A stretch of DNA of 64,000 nucleotides from Alphaproteobacteria bacterium UBA830 (GTDB lineage Bacteria; Pseudomonadota; Alphaproteobacteria; MPNO01; UBA830), in contig DBHK01000017.1 in NCBI GenBank assembly GCA_002295635.1, positions 25,396 through 89,395 on the forward strand, given 5' to 3'. The notes beneath the pieces were generated by a model. The model saw nothing but the letters and a program-made list of their open reading frames with translations. It was not told the origin of the DNA and ran no database searches. Both the position numbers and the translations under genes were made by a program. Numbering within the stretch: the stretch's first letter is position 1; each line of letters starts with the position of its first letter. Shown piece by piece: positions 10,801-20,896 of the stretch.

Positions 10801-11045
10801 TCCCAGCGTACACAATTAACAGCTTATTGGGAAAAATTCCAGTCATCGGCAATATTTTGAGCGGTGAAAAAGGAGGCGGCATCTTCGCCGCCTCATATAA
10901 GGTGTCGGGATCGATTGAAAATCCTACCATGTCAGTCAACCCGCTTTCTGCTCTAGCTCCGGGGTTCCTGCGTAAGCTTTTGGAAGGTAGAGAGGGGCTC
11001 AATGAGGGCAAAACGCCTAGCCAGGAAGAAAACCTAGAAAAATAA
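7899..11045 (+). CDS. YhdP/AsmA-like bridge-like lipid transport protein
   Basis: 1048 aa, single N-terminal TM followed by WRLSQGPVS, beta-rich body, AsmA-like C-terminus (NSLLGKIPVIG...VNPLSALAPGFLR). Located between glnE/bcp and tyrS. Confidence 0.85.
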   Translation: MLRKISIIFLEVSLGLAVVLGILGAVSAWRLSQGPVSIKFLLPYVGDILYRTESPVGVDLDDLIVTWAGWDRALDLRALRVKVNSKNTGQRLTYIREVSVTLSAHALIRGKIAPTNLEIIRPFIRLSREKDGNLRFGMGELTSTSEDVNGGLLAELLDQLSEPYHNKDSIEYLKRISVIGAALSVEDRKMDINWGAEHADISLELVPSGIRASFDLATDFRTFKPELIGEAHYDRIKQTIDISTRFKNLITHKLADRFEVFDVLQPLDAIFSGEIRARVGLEGRVERAEFELKSASGSIRIPGIDAPPITFRKITAEGHLGRTPDQLHITNLSAEFADATAELKGLITRMDEIATVDAFIQIPTFPINALEKFWLPGISVNARNWVTKNVRNGLIKGASTSLSAQIDLAGEDIGDVDLKSINGQLTIEDATIDYLSPMPPITNAAASATFNNKRLNFKIHRGHSGELTIEDGTVDISDIGTQSVATDISGLVRGPVKSALDMIAHPRLSLLQSLGLTMDGVEGRQATRLKIAFPLLKDLKAEDVLLSATSDIRDLSVKSAFRGMPIDNGRIALTVNNESLSASGEAVYANTATSFKWTEDFSGRRPIKRRLDTRFIAGTQQAKLFDIHFPEIFDGSAPIQLVYEERRDNTAVLSAGLDLQDVKISLPGLDWVKLPGLPGTAQVSASLRDGAIITVDHFQLDSGIFSMIGEITFATREERKGQEIATLRLKKFKLGLTEFSANIQKEDPEGYSIAVNGRGLDASPFLRRSLKDFHAPNLPRFRLTGKFDKFWIGSDLPANNVELKIRYDGKHWQNINLRGALPRGGKTLEFRMLPDESGHVMALYSADAGLFLKAMNITDTISGGSIEIAGIRKDGSDSPWTGTAEMKRFRIANAPGIARLFSIASFTGLGNLVAGRGIEFKRFRLPFVFENDVAIIKGAQGFGSELGVTGSGKIDFGKYEIDLNGTMVPAYTINSLLGKIPVIGNILSGEKGGGIFAASYKVSGSIENPTMSVNPLSALAPGFLRKLLEGREGLNEGKTPSQEENLEK

Positions 11046-11310
11046 ATTTCCAAATGGATACCAAGTCCGTTATCAATCTCGCGCTAGATAGTTATCCGGG
11101 TTAACTACTCTTCTTCGATTCCACAGTACCATTACGTCTGCTGCTCTCTAACCAAAAATTCTTGCAGGTTGGCGAGCGTGGTATGCTGTGGAACGGCGCG
11201 TATCGTCACGAGCATTTGCTACTAGATGAAGCATTCAGTGTAGCGGAACCCACGTTAGCCTTATTAGAAAAAATACTTCGGTGGAAGACGCTTTTATTGA
11301 CTCACCGATT

Positions 11311-11922
11311 TTACGTGTTCTCGGGCGGCAACGACTTTATCACCGCGGGAAGATCTTCCATCCGCTGGAACCAACCACGAAGATTAGGGTGCTCCGTCCT
11401 CCAGCTGAAATGCGGTATCCGGCGTTCTAAATCTAACGCGCAGAAAAGAAGAATCTGAGGCTTAGTCAAACCAATTTGAAAAACCTTATCGTAAATCGCT
11501 CCTTCAAAGTAATCGGCGAGCCTAATTGCGCGGCGTCTTTCATGATCAAGTACCTCGGAGGATTGTTTCTCCGGTGGACGTTTTATCTCACGCGCCCAGA
11601 CCGAAGTGCCATCGAGCATGCTCCGGGCAGTCGCTTCGAAGCGCCGAAATGGCCAATGTTCGTCGCCTTCTGGGACGCTATAGTTGCGTGGCATCACCAG
11701 TGCATCGAAATAGTCTACAATAAGGTCTGTTTCTTCCATTCCAGTACCATCGGCTAACATAAGAAACGGGACCCTTCCTGACGGGTTAACCGACAGGAGC
11801 GGATCTTCGGGCTGTCGGGTACGTGTCCAAACCAGATCGACCTGGTCCGATAGGCCCTTATCATGCATTACAATCATAGCTAAACGAGCATAAGGGGACG
11901 TGGTTGTGACATAGAGTTTCAT
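11311..11922 (-). CDS. glutathione S-transferase family protein
   Basis: N-terminal TTSPYAR, NPSGRVP.L..ADG thioredoxin-like GST N domain, C-terminal WR..HPNL..W. Confidence 0.85.
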   Translation of the reverse strand: MKLYVTTTSPYARLAMIVMHDKGLSDQVDLVWTRTRQPEDPLLSVNPSGRVPFLMLADGTGMEETDLIVDYFDALVMPRNYSVPEGDEHWPFRRFEATARSMLDGTSVWAREIKRPPEKQSSEVLDHERRRAIRLADYFEGAIYDKVFQIGLTKPQILLFCALDLERRIPHFSWRTEHPNLRGWFQRMEDLPAVIKSLPPENT

Positions 11923-11940
11923 GCGGCTATCCCCGGTGAA

Positions 11941-13197
11941 TCAGGTCTGTCTGATCAGCACATGTCGCTTCTTGCCGGCTGATAGTTTTATTACGCCATC
12001 ACCATCCGCATCGGCGGCCGAAACTATCGAGTTTTCATCAACGATTTTTACATCGTTTAACCGCGCGCCACCCCCGCGGATCAGTCGGCGGGCTTCACCG
12101 TTAGTTTTAACAAGTCCAGCTCGAGCGAACATGGAAAATGCAGCGATCCCATCTGCAAGCTCAATGGCCGAGATATTGACCGTCGGTAGTCCCTTTGCAG
12201 TTTGTCCATGTTCAAATGTCTCTGCCGCCGTAAAAGCAACTTTCTCGGCGGCAGAACGTCCGTGACACATCGCGGTGGTCTCCGTCGCTAAGATCTTTTT
12301 GGCCTCGTTGATTTCCATATCCCGCAGGGTCTCCAGTTTTTGGATTTCATCCAACGGCAAATCGGTAAATAGGCGCAAGAAATTCCCAACATCCGCATCA
12401 GCGGTGTTGCGCCAGAACTGCCAGTATTCGTAAGGGCTCACCCGGTCAGAATTAAGCCAAACAGCACCATCGACCGTCTTGCCCATTTTTGTACCGGAGT
12501 CGTTGGTAATTAGTGGCGAGGTAAGACCAAACGTCTGAGCTTTATCGACACGGCGAGCAAGTTCTACCCCATTCACGATGTTGCCCCATTGATCTGACCC
12601 TCCCATCTGTAGGATGCAGCCGTAGCGTCGATTAAGCTCCATGAAATCGTATGCTTGGAGGATCATGTAGTTAAATTCTAGGAATGACATGGGCTGTTTG
12701 CGCGATAGGCGTAGTTTTACCGATTCAAAACTAAGCATTCGATTAACGGAAAAATGCTGTCCATAATCTCGGAGGAATGGGATGTAGGCCAGCCTGTCTA
12801 GCCAGTCCGCATTATCGACAATGATTGCGTCAGTCGAATCTTCACCAAACTTAAGAAATTTTTCAAATATGCCCTGAATGCTTCTTTTGTTAGAAGCGAT
12901 GGCTTCGTCGGTAATCAATTGACGTGCCTCGTCCTTCCCGGAGGGATCACCAACCTTTGTAGTACCGCCACCCATCAATACGATTGGCTTATGTCCGGAT
13001 TTCTGGAACCACCGAAGCAACATAATTGGCAGTAGTGAGCCCACATGCAAGGAATCAGCCGTGCAGTCGAAGCCGATATAACAAGTCTTTGGCTGCCCTT
13101 CATCAAGTGTTTCATCCAGAGCCACAATATCGGTGCACTGATGCACGAAGCCCCGCTCTGTTACGTTTCTCAAAAAGTCGGATTTTGGGTCGGTCAT
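11941..13197 (-). CDS. tyrS: tyrosine--tRNA ligase
   Basis: [15 protein letters not shown] (HIGH-like), [16 protein letters not shown] (KMSKS-like), C-terminal S4 domain. Confidence 0.99.
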   Translation of the reverse strand: MTDPKSDFLRNVTERGFVHQCTDIVALDETLDEGQPKTCYIGFDCTADSLHVGSLLPIMLLRWFQKSGHKPIVLMGGGTTKVGDPSGKDEARQLITDEAIASNKRSIQGIFEKFLKFGEDSTDAIIVDNADWLDRLAYIPFLRDYGQHFSVNRMLSFESVKLRLSRKQPMSFLEFNYMILQAYDFMELNRRYGCILQMGGSDQWGNIVNGVELARRVDKAQTFGLTSPLITNDSGTKMGKTVDGAVWLNSDRVSPYEYWQFWRNTADADVGNFLRLFTDLPLDEIQKLETLRDMEINEAKKILATETTAMCHGRSAAEKVAFTAAETFEHGQTAKGLPTVNISAIELADGIAAFSMFARAGLVKTNGEARRLIRGGGARLNDVKIVDENSIVSAADADGDGVIKLSAGKKRHVLIRQT

Positions 13198-13373
13198 AGT
13201 CAGGGTCCGTATTTCGATAAGCGCTGTTTCCTATCACAGGGGTCCCGCGAAATCCACGCCGGGCCTATACTATTGGAACCGTCGTTATTAGACTCTCTTG
13301 GGTCAGCCGTAAAATTAATTGCAGACTTCAACTCCTAACGCCAGACTGAATAATGAATGAAGGGTAGAGATTG

Positions 13374-14246
13374 ATGGAACCTGGTAGATACGGACCTTTC
13401 TCCTATAAACCAATCAACCGGCGGCCTAAAGTTGTCTGGCCAGATGGTAACCACATCGCTCTCTGGATAGTGCCCAATATAGAAACATTTCCGTTGAACG
13501 AACCGATACCAGGGGGAACGGGTATTACGCCAGACGTGATCAACTGGGCATCACGGGATTATGGCGCCCGGGTAGGTATTTTTCGAATTATGGAAGTGAT
13601 GGATAGACATGGCATTCGGGGGACGGTCGCGCTTAACAGCGAAGTCTGCGACGACTATCCAGAGATAATTGATGACGCCATGGATCGCAACTGGGAGTTT
13701 ATGGGGCATAACCAATCGAATAGTCGTTATATCCATACGATGGAGGATCAACTAGGCCGTCAACTGGTTTCGGAAACCCTTGATCGGATTGAACAATCGA
13801 CCGGTATCCGGCCCAAAGGATGGCTGTCGAGTGGACTTCAGCAAAACTGGACCACACTGGACGCGCTGATTGACTGCGGCGTCAAATACGTCGCAGATTT
13901 CATCAACGATGATCAACCCTATTTGATGAATGTGAACAGCCGCCAAATCTGTTCAATCCCGTATTCAACAGAAATTAACGATCTTCCGCAGTTTTTGAGG
14001 ATGAATCGGACGAGCGAGGAGTTCACTCAGATGATACGTCATCAGTTCGATACCCTTTATCGCGAAAGCTTAGAAAGCGGTTCAGGACGGGTGATGGCTA
14101 TCTGTTTGCACCCGTTCGTTATTGGAGTTCCCCATCGCATTCAGGCTCTGGAAGATGCCCTGTCTTACATCAGTAGACATGACGGAGTTTGGAAAACAAC
14201 CGGTACCGAGATCATAGAGCACTACCTGATGGGCGAGACCTTTTAA
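13374..14246 (+). CDS. polysaccharide deacetylase (CE4), PuuE/allantoinase-like
   Basis: RDYGARVGIFR, EFMGHNQ, PKGWL, DDQPY, IPYSTEIND, LHPFVIGVPHRI. Confidence 0.85.
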   Translation: MEPGRYGPFSYKPINRRPKVVWPDGNHIALWIVPNIETFPLNEPIPGGTGITPDVINWASRDYGARVGIFRIMEVMDRHGIRGTVALNSEVCDDYPEIIDDAMDRNWEFMGHNQSNSRYIHTMEDQLGRQLVSETLDRIEQSTGIRPKGWLSSGLQQNWTTLDALIDCGVKYVADFINDDQPYLMNVNSRQICSIPYSTEINDLPQFLRMNRTSEEFTQMIRHQFDTLYRESLESGSGRVMAICLHPFVIGVPHRIQALEDALSYISRHDGVWKTTGTEIIEHYLMGETF

Positions 14247-14248
14247 GG

Positions 14249-15334
14249 GTGACAGAATTCCGGCCTATATGGGCACTAGGTCTTATGAGCGGCACGTCTA
14301 TAGATGGTATAGACGCTGCCCTAGTCCAGACAGATGGCGAAAAGATCTTCAATTTCGGGCCGGCGTGCACCGTGCCCTATTCCTTCGCCCTTGAGCAGTC
14401 GATTAGATCAGCTCTCGGAAAGCAGAGTGAAAACGGGGAATTAGTCCGCAATCTTACGGATGCTCATGCGTCCGCCGTAGAAAACATCCTTTCAAAACAC
14501 CCAACATATAAGGAAAAAATCCAGCTAATAGGCCTACACGGCCATACCCTATTTCACTCACCAGACGAAGGTGTCACCATCCAGGCCGGTGATGGAGAGA
14601 GACTCGCAAAAAAAACTGGTTACGACGTTGTATACGACTTCCGCTTTGCTGACGTAGCGTCAGGCGGTCAAGGTGCTCCGTTAGTTCCGCTTTTCCACGA
14701 AGCCCTTGGCCGGGATTTAGACGGACCGATAGAAGTCGTCAATATTGGTGGAATATCGAACATCACTTGGATTGATCCAGCGGGAGACATGCCGCCGATA
14801 GCGTTCGACACCGGCCCCGGCAATGCCCTGCTGGATGACTGGGTCAGGAGTACTAGCAATTTGATGTACGATCGAGACGGGGTGTTAAGTTCCTGTGGCA
14901 CACCTCACAGAGATACCCTTTTAAAGCTAATGAACAACCCGTATTTTGATAGACCGCCCCCCAAGTCACTCGACCGGCTATCTTTGAATACAGAGCTCGT
15001 AAATGGCCTCTCTCCTGCGGATGGCGCGGCAACATTGGTACATTTTACCTGCGAAACCATCGCAGGTAATTTCGCGCACGTGCCATCTAAACCGAAAAGG
15101 CTATTAATTACTGGTGGCGGTCGACACAACCCAAACATAATGCGAACTTTAGCTGAAATAGCTGGGCTTCCAGTTTCCCCAGTAGAAGCGGTCAACTGGG
15201 ATGGCGACGCTATTGAAGCACAGGCTTTCGCCTTCTTAGCTGTCCGCTCACTACGTGGTTTACCTTTAAGCCTCCCATCGACCACGGGGGTACCTGAACC
15301 GACTACAGGAGGCAGGCTGGCACGGACTAGCTAA
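14249..15334 (+). CDS. anmK: anhydro-N-acetylmuramic acid kinase
   Basis: GLMSGTSIDGID, GGQGAPLVP, NIGGISN, FDTGPGN, EAQAFAFLA. GTG start 2 nt after the upstream stop. Confidence 0.97.
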   Translation: MTEFRPIWALGLMSGTSIDGIDAALVQTDGEKIFNFGPACTVPYSFALEQSIRSALGKQSENGELVRNLTDAHASAVENILSKHPTYKEKIQLIGLHGHTLFHSPDEGVTIQAGDGERLAKKTGYDVVYDFRFADVASGGQGAPLVPLFHEALGRDLDGPIEVVNIGGISNITWIDPAGDMPPIAFDTGPGNALLDDWVRSTSNLMYDRDGVLSSCGTPHRDTLLKLMNNPYFDRPPPKSLDRLSLNTELVNGLSPADGAATLVHFTCETIAGNFAHVPSKPKRLLITGGGRHNPNIMRTLAEIAGLPVSPVEAVNWDGDAIEAQAFAFLAVRSLRGLPLSLPSTTGVPEPTTGGRLARTS

Positions 15335-15524
15335 GAATATTCTGACAAGTTTTTAAAAGTTGCTACGGTCGATCTAAAAACGCCCCGCCCCCCGTATGAT
15401 CACGAATTCTTCCACTTTATAATTCCACAGAAGCAGATATTTCAAAAGGATCCGGGTTTCCGGTACGCACTTTCGCGCTATCATTTGGTCAGTCTATCGG
15501 CCGTTAGTTTCAGTATATCTGATA

Positions 15525-16659
15525 TTAGGTTGAATTACCCGTGTCTTCTTCAACGCCATCTCCGGCCACCCGCTGGGCTAGGGCGGCTGCCATAAAGTCA
15601 TCGAGATCTCCGTCGAGAACGTTTTGAGTATTCGAGGTTTCAACCTCGGTTCGGAGATCTTTTACCATTTGATAAGGATGTAACACATATGACCTGATCT
15701 GATGTCCCCAGCCGATCTCTGTCTTAGCATCCTGCTCCGCCTGCGCCGCCTCTTCGCGGCGCTGTAGTTCCGCTTCGTACAGGCGTGCTCGCAGCATCCG
15801 CATCGCCTCAGCCCGGTTACGGTGCTGAGACCGGTCGTTCTGGCATGCGACGACGATGCCAGAGGGAATATGCGTGATACGGATCGCGCTATCCGTAGTA
15901 TTGACGTGCTGTCCACCAGCTCCCTGAGATCGATAGGTATCGATGCGTAGGTCTTTCTCATCAACCGCTATCTCGATGTCGTCATCAATCTCCGGATAAG
16001 CCCAAACCGAAGCGAAGCTAGTGTGACGCCGAGCGCTGGAGTCATAAGGTGATATTCGCACTAAACGATGGACGCCACTTTCTGTTTTTAGCCAGCCATA
16101 TGCATTATGGCCCTGAATCCGGATGGTAGCCGATTTCAATCCGGCTTCTTCCCCTGGACTTTCCTCCATCACTTCAACCTCACACCCATGGGATTCCGAC
16201 CATCTGATGTACATCCGAATCAGCATCTGAGCCCAGTCTTGGCTTTCTGTGCCTCCAGCGCCGGCATGCACCTCGAGGAAACAATCATTGGAGTCGGCTT
16301 CTCCGGACAGAAGGGTCTGAAGTTCCTGTTTAGCCGCTGATTTCTGGAGCTCGTGGAGCGTCTCTTCAGCCTCATTAATAATTTCTCTGTCGCCTTCAAC
16401 TTCAGCTATTTCTATTAACTCAACTGTGTCGTTTAGATCCTGCACTAGGGACCAGTATTCCTGAAGCGACCTCTCAACCTGATTACGCTCGCGCATAATT
16501 TTCTGCGCGCGCTCTCGGTTTGTCCAGAGTTCTGGGTCTTCGGCCTGAGAATTGAGCTCGTCTAGTCGTTTAGCTGCATGGTCCGGGTCAAAGGTGCCTC
16601 CTCAGCAGTTCTAGTGACTGCTCGATTTTATCGGCCAGAGCTTGCGTTTCAGCGCGCAT
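15525..16659 (-). CDS. prfB: peptide chain release factor 2 (programmed +1 frameshift)
   Basis: Exon-like first part MRAETQALADKIEQSLELLRRHL (16659-16591), then TGA; the +1 frame continues DPDHAAKRL... into GAGGTE, SPY and GAGGQHVN. Confidence 0.98.
16587..16602 (-). promoter_or_regulatory. RF2 autoregulatory frameshift site
   Basis: Minus strand AGGAGG CAC CTT TGA C: internal SD plus the canonical CTT-TGA-C slippery site. Confidence 0.97.
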
Positions 16660-16731
16660 CTTTCTTTGTTTTCCCCATTCGAATTGAAGTCATATACACA
16701 AGGCAGGCAGTATCCCACTTATGTGTATATA

Positions 16732-19161
16732 TTAGTATAGACCGCGAAGCTTCCTCGTGGGAGTCACACCCCTATTTCCATTCTGAAACTCCCCGCCGCT
16801 GCCGTCGAGCACTTTTCCGGTTCCGGTCGGTATAGTGCCCGGGAGAAAGGCCTCAAGAATCACCCCTCGACGGCCGGACCGCACTGGTTTTCCTGTGCGA
16901 TAATCGACGCGAACGAGTTCAAGACCGGGTGGTATACGAAAAGGGATAGCGGGTTTGTTCGAAAGCGCCGCCTCCATAAAAGATTTAAAAATAGGTGCTG
17001 CAACAGATGATCCTGTTTCCCGCTTACCAAGGGGCTTAGGTGTATCAAACCCTACGTAGACCCCAACCGCTAAATCAGGGGAGAAACCGACGAACCAAGT
17101 GTCTCGGCTCTCATTTGTGGTACCTGTTTTCCCAGCAAGTGGTTTTCCGATAATATTTATTCGCCTACCAGTACCGCGTTTGACTACTCCCTCTAGCATC
17201 GAGACCAACTGGTAAGCTGTTCTTGGGTCTGCTATCTGTTCTCGGTTGTCTGGCAATTGCGGTAGATCTTCGTCCTCCCAAGCGATTTCGTCGCAGCCTA
17301 CACAGCGGCGATCATCGTGCCGGAAGATAGTTTTCCCTGTTCGATTTTGGATCTTATCAATCAACGTGGGCTGTATACGCTTGCCGCCATTGACCAGCAT
17401 CGCATAGGCCGTCGTCATGCGCATCAGAGTAGTTTCGCTAGCCCCCAAGGACATCGAAAGCATAGGCTTAAGATCATCGATAACATTGAAGCGTTTTGCA
17501 TAGTCTACGACAGTCTCCATTCCAATATTTTGGGCTAGGCGAACGGTCATGAGGTTACGCGATTTCTCTATACCTATACGAAGTGGGCTGGCACCATAGA
17601 ATTTCTTTGTGTAGTTGCCCGGCCTCCAGCGTCCGAGGCCGGGCCCCTGATCTATGACAAACGGCGCATCCAGGATCTGGCTAGATGGGGTGAAGCCCTT
17701 ATCCAGAGCGGCCAGATAGACAAAGGGCTTAAACGCCGAGCCTGGCTGACGAAAGGCCTGAGTCACCCGGTTGAATTGACTCAGTTCGGCAGAAAAGCCT
17801 CCTGACATCGCAAGTACGCGCCCGGTATGCGGATCCAGCACCACAATCGCGCCGCTAATTTGTGGGATTTGCCTGAGTGCGTATATGTCGAGGTTTGAGG
17901 GATCCTTATTATTTTCTTTCGCGACCGATTCAACCGCGATGACATCTCCCAAACTCAATACATCTCGGGGTAATTTAGGGGCTGGACCGGGCTGATCTTT
18001 TTCGTCAAAACGTCGTGCCCAGTTCATTCCCTTCAATGGCAAAATACCCGAGGATTTGTCAGAGAAACCAATTTTTGCGCTTGTGTTAGATAACGATAGT
18101 ACAACAGCGGTCTTCCATTGTTCCACGTCTTCCGGGAGGGCATGCCTAGAAAGCTCACTATGCCAGCCCGGGCGTATATCGATCTGGCCGAGCGGACCGC
18201 GCCAACCATGCCGCCTGTCGTAGGCGGACAGTCCCAAGCGTAAAGACGTGTCAGCGATTTTTTGCAACCGTGAATCTAATGTCGTCCTCACCGAAAGACC
18301 GCCACCATACAGTCCGCGGTCTCCATATGCATCCTGCAGTTCTCGGCGTACCTCTTCAACGAAGTAATCGGCTCTCGCTGCATCCGCTCCACCCGGTGGA
18401 CGCACATCTACAGAATCCGCCATTTCAGCAGAAACAGCTTTTATTGAGATATAACCATTTTCTGCCATTCGGTTTAACACGTAGTTACGACGCGCCCTTG
18501 CCGCAGCAGGTTTGCGGATTGGATGATAGTTGTTTGGGGCTTTGGGCAAACCCGCAAGGAACGCAGCTTCTGCTAAAGTGAGATCATCTAACGATTTATC
18601 AAAATAATTCAGCGCCGCCGCCGCGACCCCATAAGATCCAAAGCCTAGATAAATTTCGTTAAGATAAAGTTCCAATATTTTTTCTTTGGAGAACGCTCGC
18701 TCTATCCTAAGCGCGAGGATAACCTCTTTAACCTTTCTGGCAATGGACACCTCGTTCGTCAGTAGAAAGTTTTTCGCAACCTGTTGCGTAATAGTCGAAG
18801 CCCCAATGGGGCGCCGATCAGTATTTATACGGCGAAGGTTTGTCAGCGTCGCTCGGAGAATACCCGGAAGGTCGATTCCCCAATGGGTATAGAAAGTTTT
18901 GTCCTCCGACGATAGGAATGCCTCAATTACCCTCTTCGGCATCGCCGAAATCGGTACGAAGACGCGTTTCTCGCGCGCGAATTCTGCCATCAGTCGGCCG
19001 TCACCTGCATGGATACGGGTCACCGTCGGCGGGTTGTAGTCAGCGAGTTTTTGGTATTCCGGAAGATCCTTTCCAAAATAATAAAAGCCATAAAGCAGGC
19101 CACCCACGCCGGCGAATGTCAGTACTACGATCATCAGAAATGCCGCAGCCAAAATTCTCAT
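16732..19161 (-). CDS. mrcA: penicillin-binding protein 1A
   Basis: Transglycosylase EDKTF..H.GID and GASTITQQVAKN; transpeptidase SAFK, SRN and KTGT. Confidence 0.96.
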   Translation of the reverse strand: MRILAAAFLMIVVLTFAGVGGLLYGFYYFGKDLPEYQKLADYNPPTVTRIHAGDGRLMAEFAREKRVFVPISAMPKRVIEAFLSSEDKTFYTHWGIDLPGILRATLTNLRRINTDRRPIGASTITQQVAKNFLLTNEVSIARKVKEVILALRIERAFSKEKILELYLNEIYLGFGSYGVAAAALNYFDKSLDDLTLAEAAFLAGLPKAPNNYHPIRKPAAARARRNYVLNRMAENGYISIKAVSAEMADSVDVRPPGGADAARADYFVEEVRRELQDAYGDRGLYGGGLSVRTTLDSRLQKIADTSLRLGLSAYDRRHGWRGPLGQIDIRPGWHSELSRHALPEDVEQWKTAVVLSLSNTSAKIGFSDKSSGILPLKGMNWARRFDEKDQPGPAPKLPRDVLSLGDVIAVESVAKENNKDPSNLDIYALRQIPQISGAIVVLDPHTGRVLAMSGGFSAELSQFNRVTQAFRQPGSAFKPFVYLAALDKGFTPSSQILDAPFVIDQGPGLGRWRPGNYTKKFYGASPLRIGIEKSRNLMTVRLAQNIGMETVVDYAKRFNVIDDLKPMLSMSLGASETTLMRMTTAYAMLVNGGKRIQPTLIDKIQNRTGKTIFRHDDRRCVGCDEIAWEDEDLPQLPDNREQIADPRTAYQLVSMLEGVVKRGTGRRINIIGKPLAGKTGTTNESRDTWFVGFSPDLAVGVYVGFDTPKPLGKRETGSSVAAPIFKSFMEAALSNKPAIPFRIPPGLELVRVDYRTGKPVRSGRRGVILEAFLPGTIPTGTGKVLDGSGGEFQNGNRGVTPTRKLRGLY

Positions 19162-19225
19162 ATTTCACCTCCAAGCGGCACCGCGGTCCGCCCCCTCGAT
19201 ACTGAGCGCTAAGAATATGGCTATA

Positions 19226-20443
19226 TTAAGGCTGATTAAGAGCTTCCTGACGGTCAAAATATCGGCGTATTGCCCGAGTCATCGCTGTCGCCATCCTCCG
19301 GCGTTGGCCAGGATCCCGCAGCAACCGCTCGTCCGAACGATTAGATAAATATCCAAGTTCGACCAATACGGAGGGAATATCCGGCGCCTTAAGCACCGCA
19401 AAACCGGCAAACCTGTGAGTATTACGCAGCATTTTTCTGACTTTGGATAACTCTGTCACTAATTGGCGGGCGAAAACCGTGGATTCATTCATTGTTTCCC
19501 GCTGAGCGAGGTCGATAAGGATATTAACAACCTCGTTTGACTGCTCGTTCAAGTCCAAACCAGCAATCATGTCAGATTTATTTTCCTTCCTTGCAAGAGC
19601 AGCTGCTTCTTTATCAGACGCCCTTTCGGAGAGAGTATAAACTGACATGCCCCGCACTCGAGGATTGCGGATCGAATCTGCATGGATCGACAAAAAAAGG
19701 TCTGCGCCTGCGGCACGCGCACGGGCAATGCGCTCACGCAGTCGAATAAACACGTCTCGACCCCGCGTCAAACGAACCTCAAACTTGCCTGTCGCCCTTA
19801 ATTGTCGTCGCAATTCCTTAGAAAAGGATAAGACTATATGTTTCTCCCAAACCCCGGACCGACTTATCGCCCCCGGGTCAACTCCTCCGTGTCCAGGGTC
19901 GATCATAATCACTATCTTCTCACCTGACTTTGACTTCGGCTTAAGCACCGGCGGGCGCAGCCGAGGGGTAGCGTCGGGCCCTGGCTTTGACCGTTTTCCA
20001 ATTCGCGAGTAAGCAGCCATGAATGCGTTTTCTGTTACCCTCTTGATATCCAGAACAATACGATGCGGGCGTCCCGCGGCATTCGGCGGAATCATGAATG
20101 CTTTGGTGATTCGAACTGGTCCTTTGGAGTCCAGAACAACACGGGACAAACCCGGCTTGAATAGCCCGAACCGCATCCCAGTAATTAGTCCACCGCTAGG
20201 CGGGGCCCGAAGTTTCGGTGACCACGTCACCTCGGGCATATCAACGACCACACGATAAGGTCTAGGCAGCGTAAATGTACGGAAATCAAGCGCCCTCGAA
20301 ACTTCCATAACGACCCGTGTTTTACTCGCGTAAACACCGACTCTAACGTCGGAAACCTGCGGAGCCGCAACCGCAGCCTGCACTAGGAACATAGTTGCTC
20401 CCACGATTGCGAAACGGTCGAAAGTAACTCGTATCTTGCACAT
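19226..20443 (-). CDS. amiC: N-acetylmuramoyl-L-alanine amidase with AMIN domain
   Basis: IDPGHGGVDPGA, FLSIHADS, AGFAVLKAPDIPSVLVELGYLSN; N-terminal AMIN (PYRVVVDMP). Start uncertain. Confidence 0.93.
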   Translation of the reverse strand: MCKIRVTFDRFAIVGATMFLVQAAVAAPQVSDVRVGVYASKTRVVMEVSRALDFRTFTLPRPYRVVVDMPEVTWSPKLRAPPSGGLITGMRFGLFKPGLSRVVLDSKGPVRITKAFMIPPNAAGRPHRIVLDIKRVTENAFMAAYSRIGKRSKPGPDATPRLRPPVLKPKSKSGEKIVIMIDPGHGGVDPGAISRSGVWEKHIVLSFSKELRRQLRATGKFEVRLTRGRDVFIRLRERIARARAAGADLFLSIHADSIRNPRVRGMSVYTLSERASDKEAAALARKENKSDMIAGLDLNEQSNEVVNILIDLAQRETMNESTVFARQLVTELSKVRKMLRNTHRFAGFAVLKAPDIPSVLVELGYLSNRSDERLLRDPGQRRRMATAMTRAIRRYFDRQEALNQP

Positions 20444-20533
20444 ATTGCGGACCGTCAGAATTTAGACACAACATATATCCGTAAGCGCTGGATTTATACA
20501 GTGAAATCCCTTCAGATATTTGTTGATTATAAG

Positions 20534-20562
20534 TTGTACCAACAGGGTGTGCAGTCTATCCT
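20534..20562 (+). promoter_or_regulatory. putative sigma70 promoter of rne
   Basis: TTGTAC-N17-TATCCT about 335 nt upstream of the rne start. Confidence 0.5.
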
Positions 20563-20896
20563 AATCAGGCGAACATCCGCGGATGAGACGGAGAAGCCCT
20601 CCGACGCTGACGCGGCCTCCATGCAATCAGCGCCCCTCGACTCGATACTATAAAATTGTCGACCGGCAGCTAGAAACGGCAGAAGGCGGCGCGGTTCAGT
20701 CGCGGTACATAGAACCTAAGGCCGAGCCCGATAATATATTGGGTTCCGCGACCAATTTGCGTCCTTGCCCTGGTGGCGCCCCTTTAGGGAGGCCCCATTT
20801 GGCAGGTTGACGGTGGCGCGGATGGTCTTGCAGGCTCGGCACAAACCCAATCGGTCGTTCGCACCTTGGGGGAGCTGTCGGCATGGAGAATTAAAT

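Noticed and set aside
10427-11053. 208-aa minus ORF opposite the yhdP-like C-terminus (also 49146-49844 opposite purL and 5249-5830 opposite glnE)
   Set aside because: Antisense frames of confident long genes with composition typical of shadows.
11046-11310. 265-bp gap between the yhdP-like and GST genes, including ORF 11162-11458
   Set aside because: The frames I translated show no recognisable motif or strong structure, and the ORF overlaps the GST gene on the opposite strand.
20765-20896. N-terminal extensions in the ORF track (rne, anmK, cimA, DAHP synthase, maiA, VWA, purS)
   Set aside because: Upstream in-frame codons lack homology, while downstream starts have an SD or operon coupling and match conserved N-termini.
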